64,000 bases of DNA. Source: Eledone cirrhosa. Its lineage: Eukaryota. Position numbers and translations under genes: made by a program. Of the stretch, positions 1 through 11,574 are shown in pieces. The stretch spans positions 267,716,001-267,780,000 of the forward strand of contig OZ024740.1 in the NCBI GenBank assembly GCA_964016885.1, in the 5' to 3' direction. The stretch's first letter is position 1, and each line of letters begins with the position of its first letter. The notes under the pieces were generated by a model that searched no databases, had not been told where the DNA came from, and saw nothing but the letters and a program-made list of their open reading frames with translations.

Positions 1-555
1 ACTGCGAGACACGCAAACGTGAGCCCCCTTTTTTTTTTTTTTTTTTTAAAAAGGCTGCAAACATCATTGAGACATAAGTGTATATGATTTTTTTTATTAA
101 TTTTTATGCATGACATATTTATTATTTTAATATCTCTATATTTCTTCCTCTGAACATATCAAGAGTTCTGTACTCTTGAGTTCGATAACTGCGGCGTTGT
201 TAATATTCGATCGATAAGTTCTCTCGTACAAACGCATTCACACAAGCACACATACACACAACAGACTCTCTCTCTCTCTCTTTCTTTTTCTCTGTTTACT
301 TCTTTTTCTTTCTCTCCCTCTATCTCTTTCTCTCTCTCCCACTCTTACGATCTCCCTCTCTCACTCAATTACTCCATCGTTCTCTCTCTCTATAATCCAG
401 ATGTCCCTATGTCCCTTTCCTTTCTATCTCCCTTTGTCAATCGGTCGGTCAGTGTGAAAAACTTAGACTTTATTTGCGCGTAGGATCGCATGTAGCAAGT
501 ACATTCGTATTGATCAAAAAACCCTTCTCATCCCTGTATCGCTTATTTAATAATC

Positions 556-760
556 GTTTCTACTTTAGGCACAAGGCCAACAATTTTGGGAAGAGGAGAA
601 AGTTGATTAACTCGACCTCAGTGCGTTACTGGTACTTTATTTTATCGACCTCGTAAGGATAAAAGGCAAAACTAACCTCAGCAGGATTTGAACACGGAAC
701 GTGAAGAACCGTAACTATATGCCACAAAACATGTCTGAACTCTACCAATACTGCCAATTA
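556..760 (-). mobile_element. tRNA-derived SINE, long subfamily, diverged copy
   Basis: Matches other copies in the window (ggcacaaggcc...ctggtactttattttatcgacc...aaaggcaaa...ggatttgaac); orientation taken from the A/B boxes of the intact copies. Confidence 0.85.
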
Positions 761-779
761 ACAATGTATCATTAATAAT

Positions 780-960
780 TGTTTCTACGTTAGGCACAAG
801 GCCAGCAATTACCCAGTGTATTACTGGTACTTTATTTTATCGACCCCGTAAGGATGAAAGGCAAAGTTAACCTCGGCAGGATTTGAACTCAGAATGGCAA
901 GGGCCGTAACTCTATGCGTCAAAGCATGGCGTCCGACCCTCTACCGATACTGCCATTCCA
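780..960 (-). mobile_element. tRNA-derived SINE, short subfamily
   Basis: Near full-length family match; flanked by tcattaataat (769-779) and tcattaacaat (961-971), a probable TSD. Confidence 0.9.
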
Positions 961-1072
961 TCATTAACAATGCCTGTCAACGTATTTTGTATACATATAT
1001 ATTTATAAATATAAGTATATATGTATATACCTATATAGATACACACATGCGCACTTCGCTGAATGCTCAAAT

Positions 1073-1121
<49 letters not shown>

Positions 1122-1264
1122 GAGTATGTGTTGGTTGGTTACCAACACCTCAGTATGCAGGGTAGAGCACTTAACGAAATGCGCAGGTGGGTCTGTTTAC
1201 TCCGGAGTAATTTAAAAACAAGTGTAAGTCAACAGGTTAAAATTAACCTCGTTTATTCATATTC

Positions 1265-1323
1265 GCTGTTATATATATTTCGGTGATAACCATTATTCAA
1301 CAGCTATGAACTCATCAGACAGC
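1265..1323 (-). ncRNA. Minimal type I hammerhead ribozyme motif
   Basis: Minus strand: gctgt-CTGATGA-(imperfect stem II)-GAAA-tatata-TA-acagc; stem I gctgt/acagc; palindromic stem III. Confidence 0.7.
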
Positions 1324-1334
1324 TAGAACTTGAA

Positions 1335-1480
1335 CAGAAAAACATAATAATGCAACCTCCGTTATTGCGGTCCTTTGATATACCCTGTTCTTTGAAAAAA
1401 CAACACCAAACTTCGGGACAGGGCATATCAAAGGACCGAAATGACGGAGGTAAACTTTGTTCCATCATTATGTTTTTCTG
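1335..1480. repeat. Long inverted repeat (about 55-bp stem, 29-nt loop)
   Basis: cagaaaaacataataatg..acctccgttattgcggtcctttgatataccctgt pairs with acagggcatatcaaaggaccgaaatgacggaggt..catcattatgtttttctg. Confidence 0.9.
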
Positions 1481-1793
1481 GGGTTTTTTTCTCTTCACCA
1501 ATCTCAGAACAGAATTTCTCTTGCAAACGCTGCGGCCGGGTCTGTTTAACGTATGCTGGTCTTGTCAGTCACCAGCTTGTCTGTAATAGATAAGGGAAGG
1601 TCCCTTCATTAGTCTTCCTTAGCGAAGTCAAGCCATGATATATATGCATATCTATGTATATGGGTATGTATGCATAAGTATAGATATAGCTGTTGTTATC
1701 GTCAACTAATCTCCATTCATAAAGTACTGGTCAATCCAATGCAAAGCCACATGGTGGCAAATCGAATTTATTTACCACACTGCCAGGCCTGCG

Positions 1794-1856
<63 letters not shown>

Positions 1857-1888
1857 CATGACCCTCCCAAAGTATAACAATATATATA

Positions 1889-3196
1889 CAGCGTTGTGCA
1901 TATATATATATATACACGCACCATTGTGCATAATTCAGAGACCACAGCAATAATTTTATTAGGTTAAGTTAATATTGAACTAGGTACAAATAGTATTAGC
2001 TAGGTACATTAGCAAAAATAGTATGTAAATACAAACATACAACACAAAACCTTATGCTACAAATTGTCTATTCCAAATTAGTACTTTGATAATGCAAGGC
2101 TTTGATTCCACAAGGAGGCACAATATTCACGTGTAATGTGTTGTGTCCATACAGTAAGAATCTTTTGTTGTAAATCAGTAATTGTGCTGGGATTTAGCTT
2201 GATAACTTTGCCTTTCATCAATTTCCAACAGGTTTCAATTGGGTTTAAGTCAGGATTTGAACCTGGTGAAAGTGCCAGCACTTCAATATCAGATTCTCCA
2301 AAAAATTGGTTAATGGTTTTTGCCCTATGGCAAGGAGCACCATCTTATTGATATATCTTGCAACCATGAATCTCCATGCCTAATGGGACCTTTTCTTATA
2401 TGATTTCCAAATACATGTTTGTATTTACAGTATTTCCTGCTAGAATTATAGTCAGTGCAGCTCGTTCATTTAGGCTTATTGATCCCCAGACCATCAATGA
2501 TTGTGAATGTTTAACTGTTGGTTTGACATAACGAGAATTATAACGCTGTCCAGGTGGTCTTCTTACATGGCGATTATTAGGAGCAAATGGTTTAATTAAT
2601 GTTTCATCACTAAACATTACCTCACCCCGTTGAGCAGCAGTCCAGTGATGATAAGTGTTGCAGAACAACAGACGGTCCTTGATGCTTTTATTTGAAAGTT
2701 AAGTCTTGGCAGCTGACTTAAAAGCACGAAGGCTATAATCCTTAACATAGCGTCATCAGATGGTAGAAGATGATATCTTTGTGTCCTGGGGAAGCTGGGC
2801 TTGGATATATGAGTTGAAGGCAGTTGGATTTGACACTGCAAGTCGGCGAATCATGATATCTGTTTGAACACTTATCTCGTGTGATCTTCCATGTCTCTTG
2901 ATTGCGTTACAGGCAAGTGTTTTTTGAACACCAGTCTTAGATACATCCAATCGTACAGATATTTGACGCTGGGAATAGCCTTTCTTATGAAGATGGATGA
3001 TAGTTGCATGTTTTTCTCTTGAAATGACAGCCATGTTAATACTAAAAAATGTATCAAAATTCTGACTCGGTGCGATATACATATATGAAAATACAACAAA
3101 TAATGTGATTGGTCGACTTAATGAATGAAAAAAAAAAGTTTCTGCGCTTGTATGACAGCAAAAATGTAGGTGGTCTCTAAATTATGCATAACATTG
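1889..3196 (-). mobile_element. Tc1/mariner DNA transposon, decayed full-length copy
   Basis: About 27-bp TIRs: caccattgtgcataattcagagaccac (1919-1945, with a partial duplicate at 1889) vs gtggtctctaaattatgcataacattg (3170-3196); TA flanks; internal transposase. Confidence 0.9.
2078..3034 (-). pseudogene. Tc1-type DDE transposase pseudogene (frameshifts, stop)
   Basis: N-terminal HTH (KGYSQRQISVRLDVSKTGV), VMFSDET, MVWGSIS, Q*DGAPCH and NPDLNPIE motifs spread over 3 ORF fragments. Confidence 0.92.
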
Positions 3197-3302
3197 TATA
3201 TATTCATCCGTATGTAGAAAAAATAGTACGGATGAGAGAAAAGAGTACTCAATACCGAAGTAGAGCTTTAATATCCATTTTATTAAGGCAAAATAGTGAG
3301 TT

Positions 3303-3349
3303 TTGTTACTCTGGAGTTTCACCTGCAGACTCACAGGATCATCAGACAA
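3303..3349 (-). ncRNA. Type I hammerhead ribozyme motif in a short Penelope-like fragment (about 3199-3362)
   Basis: Minus strand: ttgt-CTGATGA-t-cctg(tgagtctg)cagg-t-GAAA-ctc(ca)gag-TA-acaa; all three stems pair; GUA cleavage triplet. Confidence 0.85.
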
Positions 3350-3360
3350 GCCATAATAAA

Positions 3361-3426
<66 letters not shown>

Positions 3427-3599
3427 TTGAAGTTGGTGGCTCACCACTGGATAGAACTTTTTATTCTGTTGTGTAGTATGCATAATGCAATAGTATGAAA
3501 AGCACTCAACGTAACACAACTCAGTCATCTTTGGTGTAAAATTCTGTTGGTGCGTGGATGGCGGAAGGTTGAAATTCCTTTAAAGGTTTTATCCTGCTG

Positions 3600-3651
3600 G
3601 CACTATATATATTTCAATAACCAGTATGATTCCAGTGATATCATCAGGTGT
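3600..3651 (-). ncRNA. Type I hammerhead ribozyme motif (left arm)
   Basis: Minus strand: acac-CTGATGA-tatcactggaatcatactggttatt-GAAA-tatata-TA-gtgc; stem II imperfect. Confidence 0.7.
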
Positions 3652-3795
3652 ATTGCATAACAGTTATAAAGGAAACTGAACATTCGGGAGAAGTAAGTAT
3701 AAAGGACGTAGGCTGCCCCTGAATCAAGTAATTTTATCTTTATTTTTGTCTCACAACTTGTGTTCACCATGTTTCCTTTATAATTGTTATGCAAT

Positions 3796-3847
3796 GCACC
3801 TGACGATGTCACTGGAATATTACTGGTCATTGAAATATATATAGTGC
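3796..3847 (+). ncRNA. Type I hammerhead ribozyme motif (right arm)
   Basis: gcac-CTGACGA-tgtcactggaatattactggtcatt-GAAA-tatata-TA-gtgc; stem I gcac/gtgc; stem II imperfect. Confidence 0.7.
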
Positions 3848-4086
3848 CTGCAGAATAAAACATTTAAAGGAATTTCAACTTTCCGGCCCTCTGTCGCTTT
3901 ATTCAATATATAACAAATTTAATGTAGCAATGGATTCTACAGGACTAGAACTGTTTTATTCGAAGGAAATCACCAGGAAAGCCCTGCAGAAGCCATTTCT
4001 GCATTATGTTGTCTGTATACACTCAGCTAATGTATCGAGTACCTTACTTACTGTGGTTACCCCCCGATTGAACCCGGGACTCACGC

Positions 4087-4580
<494 letters not shown>

Positions 4581-4909
4581 GGATATATATATATATCTGT
4601 GTGTGTGTGGGGGTGGGTGTGTGTCTTAATAACGTTCAAAATTTACAGACTCATACTACACATATATCAAAGTTGGGCAGATATGTTCAATTTTCTTCTA
4701 GGCACATTTTTTTGAGAATATATTAAAAACTGTTAGCCATCAGGTGGCTTTTACAACAGGAACAGAATAGATGCATGTTTCAAGTTGTAAGCCACACTTT
4801 CGAGATAGCTGACAATTTGCATAGAAGCACATCTTTTCAAGGGGAACATCATAAGCTATTTGACTTTTTTTAAAAAAATTTGTACTTTTAAGCCCCAAAT
4901 AGATAGAAC

Positions 4910-5070
4910 TGGGTATGACATTAAACTACATCCAGTGGCAAGGCTCCAGTTCGGGAGTTCAGGAAGGAGCTGTGGGGAATGTGGTGTTACCCCTTAGTTG
5001 TTATAACTCCCAGGTCTGCTCTCGCTCGGAGTAGTAGTACTGTTAGGGCCCCATTTATGGGTTAAATAAT
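4910..5070. repeat. Old interspersed repeat fragment
   Basis: Resembles from memory a common cephalopod repeat (gggtatgacattaaact...ctcccaggtc...gttagggccccatttatggg); not verifiable within the window. Confidence 0.35.
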
Positions 5071-5414
5071 TACCTTTTTCGAGTGGCGCCGGTAAGTTAT
5101 TATCAGCCAATGAAAAGAACCATGGAGAGTGTATTTAACAGCACTAGGATTAGAGCCTCTAACTACATTGTCAAGCAGCAGGCTGGCCGTTATGACTCTG
5201 CTGGCTTAGAGCCACAGGGAGGACCAGCGGATGATCGATCAGCTGTCTCTGAGACAAATATAAAGAGTACAGTTTTGTGCTGCAGAAGAAAGCCCTGAGG
5301 ACAGACGCTGGTCTCTTGGAGACGCAGGACATGGCAACGATGATGAGGGATAGAGACCGCTGGAGAGAACTCGTCCATGGATCTCGGGAATTTTACCCGC
5401 CCTAGATAGATAGA
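5070..5414 (+). mobile_element. RTE-type LINE 3' end (5292-5414), possibly fused to the element's own 5' region
   Basis: [36 protein letters not shown] followed by a (TAGA)n tail; homologous to 7607-7722 on the minus strand. Confidence 0.75.
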
Positions 5415-5814
5415 ACTAAGAACTTCCTACATTGCCAAGCAGTGCAATAGACATTGGAAAACATAACTGGTCAGAAAAAATGGTTAATTGAGAGTGATTA
5501 TGTAAATTATTAGAGTATTTTGGAGAAGAGCGTGTTCTCCGAGAAAACATAAAATAAGTAACAGTATATTTCAATTTAGGTTCTTTATTTATTTTTTGTG
5601 AATTTTTATGAAGATTCAAGTTAACCCCTTTTCTGAATAGCTTGGATGCAACACTTGTGAGTAAATCAACATTTATCGACCAACTGACGATTTTCAGCAG
5701 CCTTTGAAACCAATTTATATAAAATATAGTAATTTCATGTGATTAAATATATTTCATGATTTTAGATAGTATTTTAGATAATAAAATAAAATTGAGCAAT
5801 GCCAGCTGCGGCTG

Positions 5815-5879
<65 letters not shown>

Positions 5880-6059
5880 GAGAAGTTAAATTAAATTTCG
5901 ATGTGTAAATCAAATCAATTATGTTTAAGGTTAAACAAAATAAATAAGGAGAACTGCTTGCCAAATATATTTTTTTTATTAACATGTTCCTTGTAGTGCA
6001 TAACATAGGTATCCAGTTAAAACGGTTATGATACATCATGGAGTATATGTATACATATG

Positions 6060-6284
6060 GTACCAGGAAAAACTATGCAGGAGGAAGTGGACAGGAGAAA
6101 TTTATTGAGTGTTCTATCTTCAACATATCTTTCTGTACAATTACATAACCTTCTGCATGCGCTGACTGTATTATACAGTGCTCATTCGTATGCATTGCGC
6201 ATGTAGACGGTTACATAATTGTAACAATAAATTTCTCCTTCTGTCCACTTCCTCCGGCCTAGTTATTCCTGTTTTTCCTGGTAC
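6060..6284. mobile_element. Fold-back MITE
   Basis: TIR gtaccaggaaaaac/gtttttcctggtac plus internal inverted blocks (ggaggaagtggacag..gagaaatttattg; tacaatta..gcatgcgc); TA-rich flanks. Confidence 0.8.
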
Positions 6285-6400
6285 GATATATATATATATA
6301 TATATATAGTGGTAGAACACTGGAAGGTAATATCCGTAGTGGTAGAGCACTCAGTCCATGGGACGAGTTAGGTAGAAGTGGTTACACAACGGTTAGTTCA

Positions 6401-6450
6401 CCATACCGAGAACAATTGTTTCACCTTAGCGGATCCTCAGCTCGTAATGG
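6401..6450 (-). ncRNA. Minimal type I hammerhead in the PLE 3' UTR
   Basis: Minus strand: ccat-ta-cgag-CTGAGGA-tccgctaaggt-GAAA-caattg-TT-ctcg-gt-atgg; palindromic stem III; extended stem I. Confidence 0.8.
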
Positions 6451-6614
6451 GCATGGTTATACGGAACAGGAAGGACAACCGTACGAACGCGCATGCGCAG
6501 AAACCGGTCACTTCACACAGGCAATACTAAAATGCGTGCGAGGGGTGTAAGGGAGATAACTGCGAAAGTCCGAAATGTTTTTAGTTGATAAGCAAGTTAA
6601 GATGTTACAAGGAT

Positions 6615-7268
6615 TCAATCCGGAGCTTTGTAGTTATACAATAGGTGTTTCGAAACGTGTGGACAACGTGTGAAAAATTCCTTTCTCATGTTTAGGCAAT
6701 CACTATTGCATAATCTCTTTAGAATATTTATTCGTTCGTCAATACATAGTCCACACGACGGATTTCCCCTTGAGTATGGCTTGGACTTAGTGATGGCTTT
6801 CCATTGAATGGAGTAGTCTATACTTGAGTCCTTGAGGGACCATACGTGGCTCGCGAGTTTCGTGGATGAACGTCTGTCCGGGTACCTAAAGGTCGACTGG
6901 TGGTTCAGGAAACGTTCCTTAAATCGTCCCTCCGCCATGCCCACATAAGATTTGACCTCCTGTGGTTGGTTTGGTCGGTTGGAAGTGACCAAAGCTTCAT
7001 AAATTACAGCTGGTGTATTGCATTGCTGTTGAAGGGGGCAAGCTTCGGGCTTACGGCAAGAGCACCCTGGTGGGGTGTTGCTCCTAGGGCTGCTGGTGAT
7101 GTGGGCCTTCATGTTCTTAGCGCAGGAGTATCCTAGTTTTACTTTGTGTCGGTTAAAGATGGAGCGGTATTTATGACCTATGGGAAAGTGTCTATCTAAA
7201 AGTGCTAGACATTTTTTGCCTACATTGGTTTTAACGTTGAGTGAGAAGGGAGGAGAGAACCGGGTAGT
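6615..7268 (-). CDS. Penelope-like ORF C-terminus: thumb/linker plus GIY-YIG endonuclease (partial, uninterrupted)
   Basis: FSPPFSLNVKTNVGK..HFP..IFNRHKVKLGYSC; CSC..CPL..C; VIYEA..YVG..FKERF.NH; CGLC..E; LN.R.E...C.H. Confidence 0.85.
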   Translation of the reverse strand, partial: TTRFSPPFSLNVKTNVGKKCLALLDRHFPIGHKYRSIFNRHKVKLGYSCAKNMKAHITSSPRSNTPPGCSCRKPEACPLQQQCNTPAVIYEALVTSNRPNQPQEVKSYVGMAEGRFKERFLNHQSTFRYPDRRSSTKLASHVWSLKDSSIDYSIQWKAITKSKPYSRGNPSCGLCIDERINILKRLCNSDCLNMRKEFFTRCPHVSKHLLYNYKAPD

Positions 7269-7270
7269 AT

Positions 7271-7416
7271 TTATATACTATCGTATATAGTATTTATATA
7301 TATACACACATACATATAAATATATATATATACACATATATACATATATATACCTACATATAAATATATATATATATATATACGCACATACATAAATATA
7401 TACACACATACATATA

Positions 7417-7496
<80 letters not shown>

Positions 7497-7522
7497 CATA
7501 CACACATATATATATATATACA

Positions 7523-7606
<84 letters not shown>
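7271..7606. repeat. Compound (TA)n/(CA)n microsatellite
   Basis: Seen directly in the sequence. Confidence 0.95.
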
Positions 7607-7609
<3 letters not shown>

Positions 7610-7986
7610 AAGGCGGGTAAAATTCCCGAGATCCATGGACGAGTTCTCTCCAGCAGTCTCTGTCCCTCATTATCGCTGCCATGTCCTGCGTCTCCAACAG
7701 ACCAGTGTCTGTCCTTAGGGCATCTTCGTAAAGACCTGAAGATCCGCCTCTTCATTGCTGTAGTGGAGTCTGTGCTGCTGTACGGGTCTGAGACTTGGAC
7801 ACTGACCAAGAAACTCACTCAGATGGTGGATGGGTGCTACACCAAAATGCTGAGGATGGCTCTGAACATTAATCAGTATACACTGAGGATGAAAAACTCA
7901 GAGCTGTATGGGAGCATCCCAAAAGTCAGCTCAAAAGTGACACAGAGGAGACTGAGGTTAGCTGGACATGCTCACCGACATCCAGA
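7607..7986 (-). mobile_element. RTE-type LINE insertion with a 5' inversion
   Basis: 3' end on the minus strand (7607 to about 7722) joined to an RT C-terminal segment on the plus strand (KIRLFIAVVESVLLYGSETWTLTK..RRLRLAGHAHRHP, about 7722-7986); TA tracts on both sides. Confidence 0.85.
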
Positions 7987-8105
7987 TATATATATATATA
8001 TATATATGTTTTTAAATGTGGTTAAAAAGCGGGCTACTAACCTCAAGATTGCGAGTACAACTCTAGGCAGTGACCTGAACAAACGTTAATAATAACATCA
8101 CTAAG

Positions 8106-8149
8106 ACACCTGATGAAGGCTGGAGAGTACATCAGCTGAAACGTTGTGT
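8106..8149 (+). ncRNA. Minimal type I hammerhead in a pLTR-like fragment (about 8009-8185)
   Basis: acac-CTGATGA-a-ggctg(gagagtacat)cagct-GAAA-cg-TT-gtgt; palindromic AACGTT stem III. Confidence 0.82.
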
Positions 8150-8195
8150 TAACAACAAAACAAGATGAGGACACCTATCCGTCCAATATATATAA

Positions 8196-8377
8196 CTGTT
8201 TCTACTTTTGGCACAAGGCCAGCAATTATTCCAGTGCATTACTGGTACTTTATTTTATCGAGACCATAAGGATGAAAGGCAAAGTTAATCTCGGCGGGAT
8301 TTGAACTCAGACAGTAAAGAGGCGTAACTCCATGCTGCAAACATGGCGTCCGACTCACTACCGATACTGCCAATCCA
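8196..8377 (-). mobile_element. tRNA-derived SINE, short subfamily
   Basis: Family match to other copies in the window. Confidence 0.9.
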
Positions 8378-8682
8378 TAATTCCTCGTCTCAAAAATATA
8401 TAACAGTAATATAATATATGTTTTTTTATCATTTATTTTGTTTTGACCTGTTAAAGCTTGATTTGCTTTTTGGCTTTGGTGGTTGATGCTTTCTTGACCA
8501 ATTTTTCAGTTTTGTATGGCGTTTTAATATATTGTTTAGCTCTGTTTTTTTAACTATGGAGCGCTTGCCAAAATAATTCTGATTTTTGCGTTTCGTTTCG
8601 CTTTTTCTACCCGCCCAAATGCGAGAATCGCTGAATTTATATTTATATATATATAATATATATATATTTATATATATATAAA

Positions 8683-8867
8683 TGTTTCTACTTTAGGCAC
8701 AAGGCCAGCAATTACCCAGTGCATTACTGGTACTTTATTTTATCGACCCCGTAAGGATGAAAGGCAAAGTCAACCCCGGCGGGATTTGAACTCAGATCGT
8801 AAAGGGACGTAACTATGCTGGAAAGCATGACGTCCGACCCTCTACCGATACTGCCAATCCACCACCC
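8683..8867 (-). mobile_element. tRNA-derived SINE, short subfamily, full length
   Basis: Family match including the 5' end gggtggtggattggcagtatcgg on the minus strand. Confidence 0.92.
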
Positions 8868-8869
8868 TT

Positions 8870-9121
<252 letters not shown>

Positions 9122-9134
9122 CTTCCTTAAATAT

Positions 9135-10047
9135 ACCACACCTTGACGAGAAATACCACCAACGGTATCCGCAAGTCTATACGGAGGGAGGGCCCCGACA
9201 TCCACATGGCCCACTCGGGCCCGTCCCTGCGAAGATGCGGAAACAAAGACGGAAGGCCCATTGTCACAATTCTAGCGACAGAAAGAAACGTCGGCACATT
9301 ACGAATCAAGGAAGCACTTTGGATCAAACGCATAGGACCACAAATAAACAACCGATACGAGAGAAGCGAAATGAGGTGGTTGGTTTAAGTAAACAAACAA
9401 TGCAGCAACACACGCACACACACACACAGGCGAGACAGCAACACACCCACCCACACACACACACAGTAGCATTCCACCATACGAACATACTACACTGCCA
9501 ATACAGACGAACGAGGCAACAACACACGCACACACACACACAGTAACATTCACCAAACAGGCAGAGAATACTATGGACTGACAGCTAGCGCCACCCCACT
9601 CCCACAATTGAAAGAACTATTTCGGCCGCCGACCTCTGTTTGACCGACCCCATTTCACGCGCGCTCTGCTGAATACCTCAGATATTCAAAACAACGAACA
9701 GCAGAGGACACGTTTCGCACCTTTCCGACAGACCCCCCCCCCCCCCCCCCCCCGGCCGGAAAAAAACCCAGTTGATGGATGTGAATCCGAAATATATAGG
9801 GATAATTAAATCTCTCCCAAGGTAACTATCTCGTGTTATTATTTTTATCCTTTACGCTCTTTCCTACATTCTTCTACACGCTACATTCTTCTACACGCTA
9901 CACATCTCAACGTACACTCACTTACATCTCTCTCTCCACCACCGGATCTTGTTACCCGGAGATTTACCCATCTGCATTGTCGAGGCTTCCAAAACGACTT
10001 AAAGAAATTTACCTTATTATTCCACAATGCTTCAAGCAACTTCAACA

Positions 10048-10052
<5 letters not shown>
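9135..10052 (+). mobile_element. 5'-truncated Penelope-like element: GIY-YIG C-terminus plus 3' UTR/pLTR
   Basis: [29 protein letters not shown] (ORF to 9388); degenerate HHR at 9767-9801 (cc-CAGTTGA-t-ggat gtga atcc-GAAA-tata-TA-gg); TA tracts on both sides. Confidence 0.78.
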
Positions 10053-10132
<80 letters not shown>

Positions 10133-10134
<2 letters not shown>

Positions 10135-10212
10135 GGCGGCTGTCCCCAAAATCTTATACACACTTTTATTAGAAAGCTGTTGTAGTGTGTATACATTTTT
10201 TGGACACCCTGT
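10133..10212. mobile_element. Very short mariner-type MITE
   Basis: tgtccccaaaatcttatacacact vs agtgtgtatacattttttggacaccctg followed by TA. Confidence 0.6.
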
Positions 10213-10214
10213 AT

Positions 10215-11368
10215 ATATAATCATTGGACTGTAGACCAAAAGCGCTGCTACATCTACACCTGCAGATGCCGCATAATATTTTTGGTAGGTCTGTAACAGA
10301 TTTTTCACGAGTTTTCTGTTTCTCACCTTCGTGAAATTTGGTCTCTCTCAGCAATGCAAATTTCATAACTTTTGTTATTGCTGTCTACTTTTGTTCTTGG
10401 TAGGCTGATGTCTTCTGACATGCAATCGCAATCAAACTATACGCTCCAGTCAGATTTCGCTTGATCATACTTAAAGCGTAGATCCGGGAGTCAACGTCGT
10501 AGTCTTCTTCATTTCAACTTATCGTAGATCACTGCTTTGAGCCTTTTCCTGTGTGTGCCCCCCCCCCCCCATACGTCCGATCCAGACTAAACACTAAGTA
10601 CAGGGTGGTCCGAAATTCTTGTCACCCCTTGCCATATATTGTTTTAACTTTCATTATTTTTTTATTTTAATAATATAATACATAATATAATTAATTATAA
10701 TATATAATAATAATAATATAATTTTCTATTTCAGGGCTCCTACTGTTTGGAAGAGAGGCTGCTTGCAAGTGTATGGACACATGATCGTGTGCATTCTGGC
10801 AAGAGCATGGAGGATATGCGACATGACTTCACTGCAAGATTCGGCAAACCAGTTCCTCCCAAGAGGACGATACTGTGATAGGAACATAATCTGTTTCTCA
10901 TTACTTTTTGGTAGGAGGTGACAAGACTTTAGGACCACCCTGTACTTTTGTGCGCTACAGGGCCATCTAGTTGGAGATGTGATATTGCCAAAACTTATTT
11001 ATTCTAGTTCGAAAATGACGTAATTGGCAGTTCATCAGCTTTTTTTGAGGCGTCATCTATAAAGCCGGTATGTCTCGGCAGTGCACAGAACTACTGCTCG
11101 GGACATTTTGCATTTTGATAATACTTTTATACCACTTTCTTTCAGCTTCCCCACGAAAGCGGCCGCATTATTTCTTGGTGTTATATCATCGAAGAAATAA
11201 GCACAGCATCTCTATCTTCTTATGAAGTTTCCGGTATTCTCTATCAGACACTTCGGATAATATTTTCTGAGTGGAATGAAGATGTTCCTCTCTTAATAAC
11301 TCTAGCTGGTACTGTTCCATATTCAGATAGTTTTAATCCACCTGTATGCAGTACACTTGGCGTAGGAG

Positions 11369-11370
<2 letters not shown>
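10215..11370 (-). pseudogene. Highly decayed RTE-clade LINE 3' region, interrupted by a MITE
   Basis: Remnant motifs DDITPRNNAAAFVGKL, RAVVLCTAETYRLYR, PDLRFK and a C-terminal CGICRCRCSSAFGLQS zinc-finger-like motif. Confidence 0.55.
10601..10942 (+). mobile_element. Non-autonomous mariner-type deletion derivative
   Basis: 26-bp TIRs cagggtggtcc(g/t)aaa(t/g)tcttgtcacc (24/26 match); TA TSD; residual N-terminal HTH-like peptide EERLLASVWTH..FTARFGKPVP. Confidence 0.9.
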
Positions 11371-11431
<61 letters not shown>

Positions 11432-11496
11432 GTGTGTGTGTAGTATGAGTGCGTGTATATGCACATATATACACTATATGTATGTACACACACACA

Positions 11497-11572
<76 letters not shown>

Positions 11573-11574
<2 letters not shown>

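Larger units (their letters stand above)
1117..1640 (-). mobile_element. Non-coding HHR-bearing element fragment (Penelope pLTR-like) between TA tracts
   Basis: Contains a type I hammerhead motif and a long hairpin; no ORF; bounded by (TA)n. Confidence 0.55.
3562..3885. repeat. Inverted repeat, arms of about 120 bp (3562-3682 and 3761-3885), about 80-bp spacer
   Basis: Arms are reverse complements at roughly 85-90% identity by eye; each arm contains an HHR core. Confidence 0.92.
6307..7270 (-). mobile_element. 5'-truncated Penelope-like retroelement, Naiad-like
   Basis: C-terminal ORF with GIY-YIG endonuclease, 3' UTR with HHR, 15-bp terminal direct repeat tagtggtaga(a/g)cact, flanked by TA/CA microsatellites. 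Confidence 0.88.

Noticed and set aside
6307-6614. SECIS element or selenoprotein coding in the Naiad-like element
   Set aside because: No in-frame UGA within the visible ORF and no convincing SECIS core by eye; a SECIS search would be needed to exclude it fully
11000-11045. CTGATGA on the minus strand as another hammerhead (also near 2755)
   Set aside because: No correctly placed GAAA box or closing stems; lies inside LINE or transposase relics
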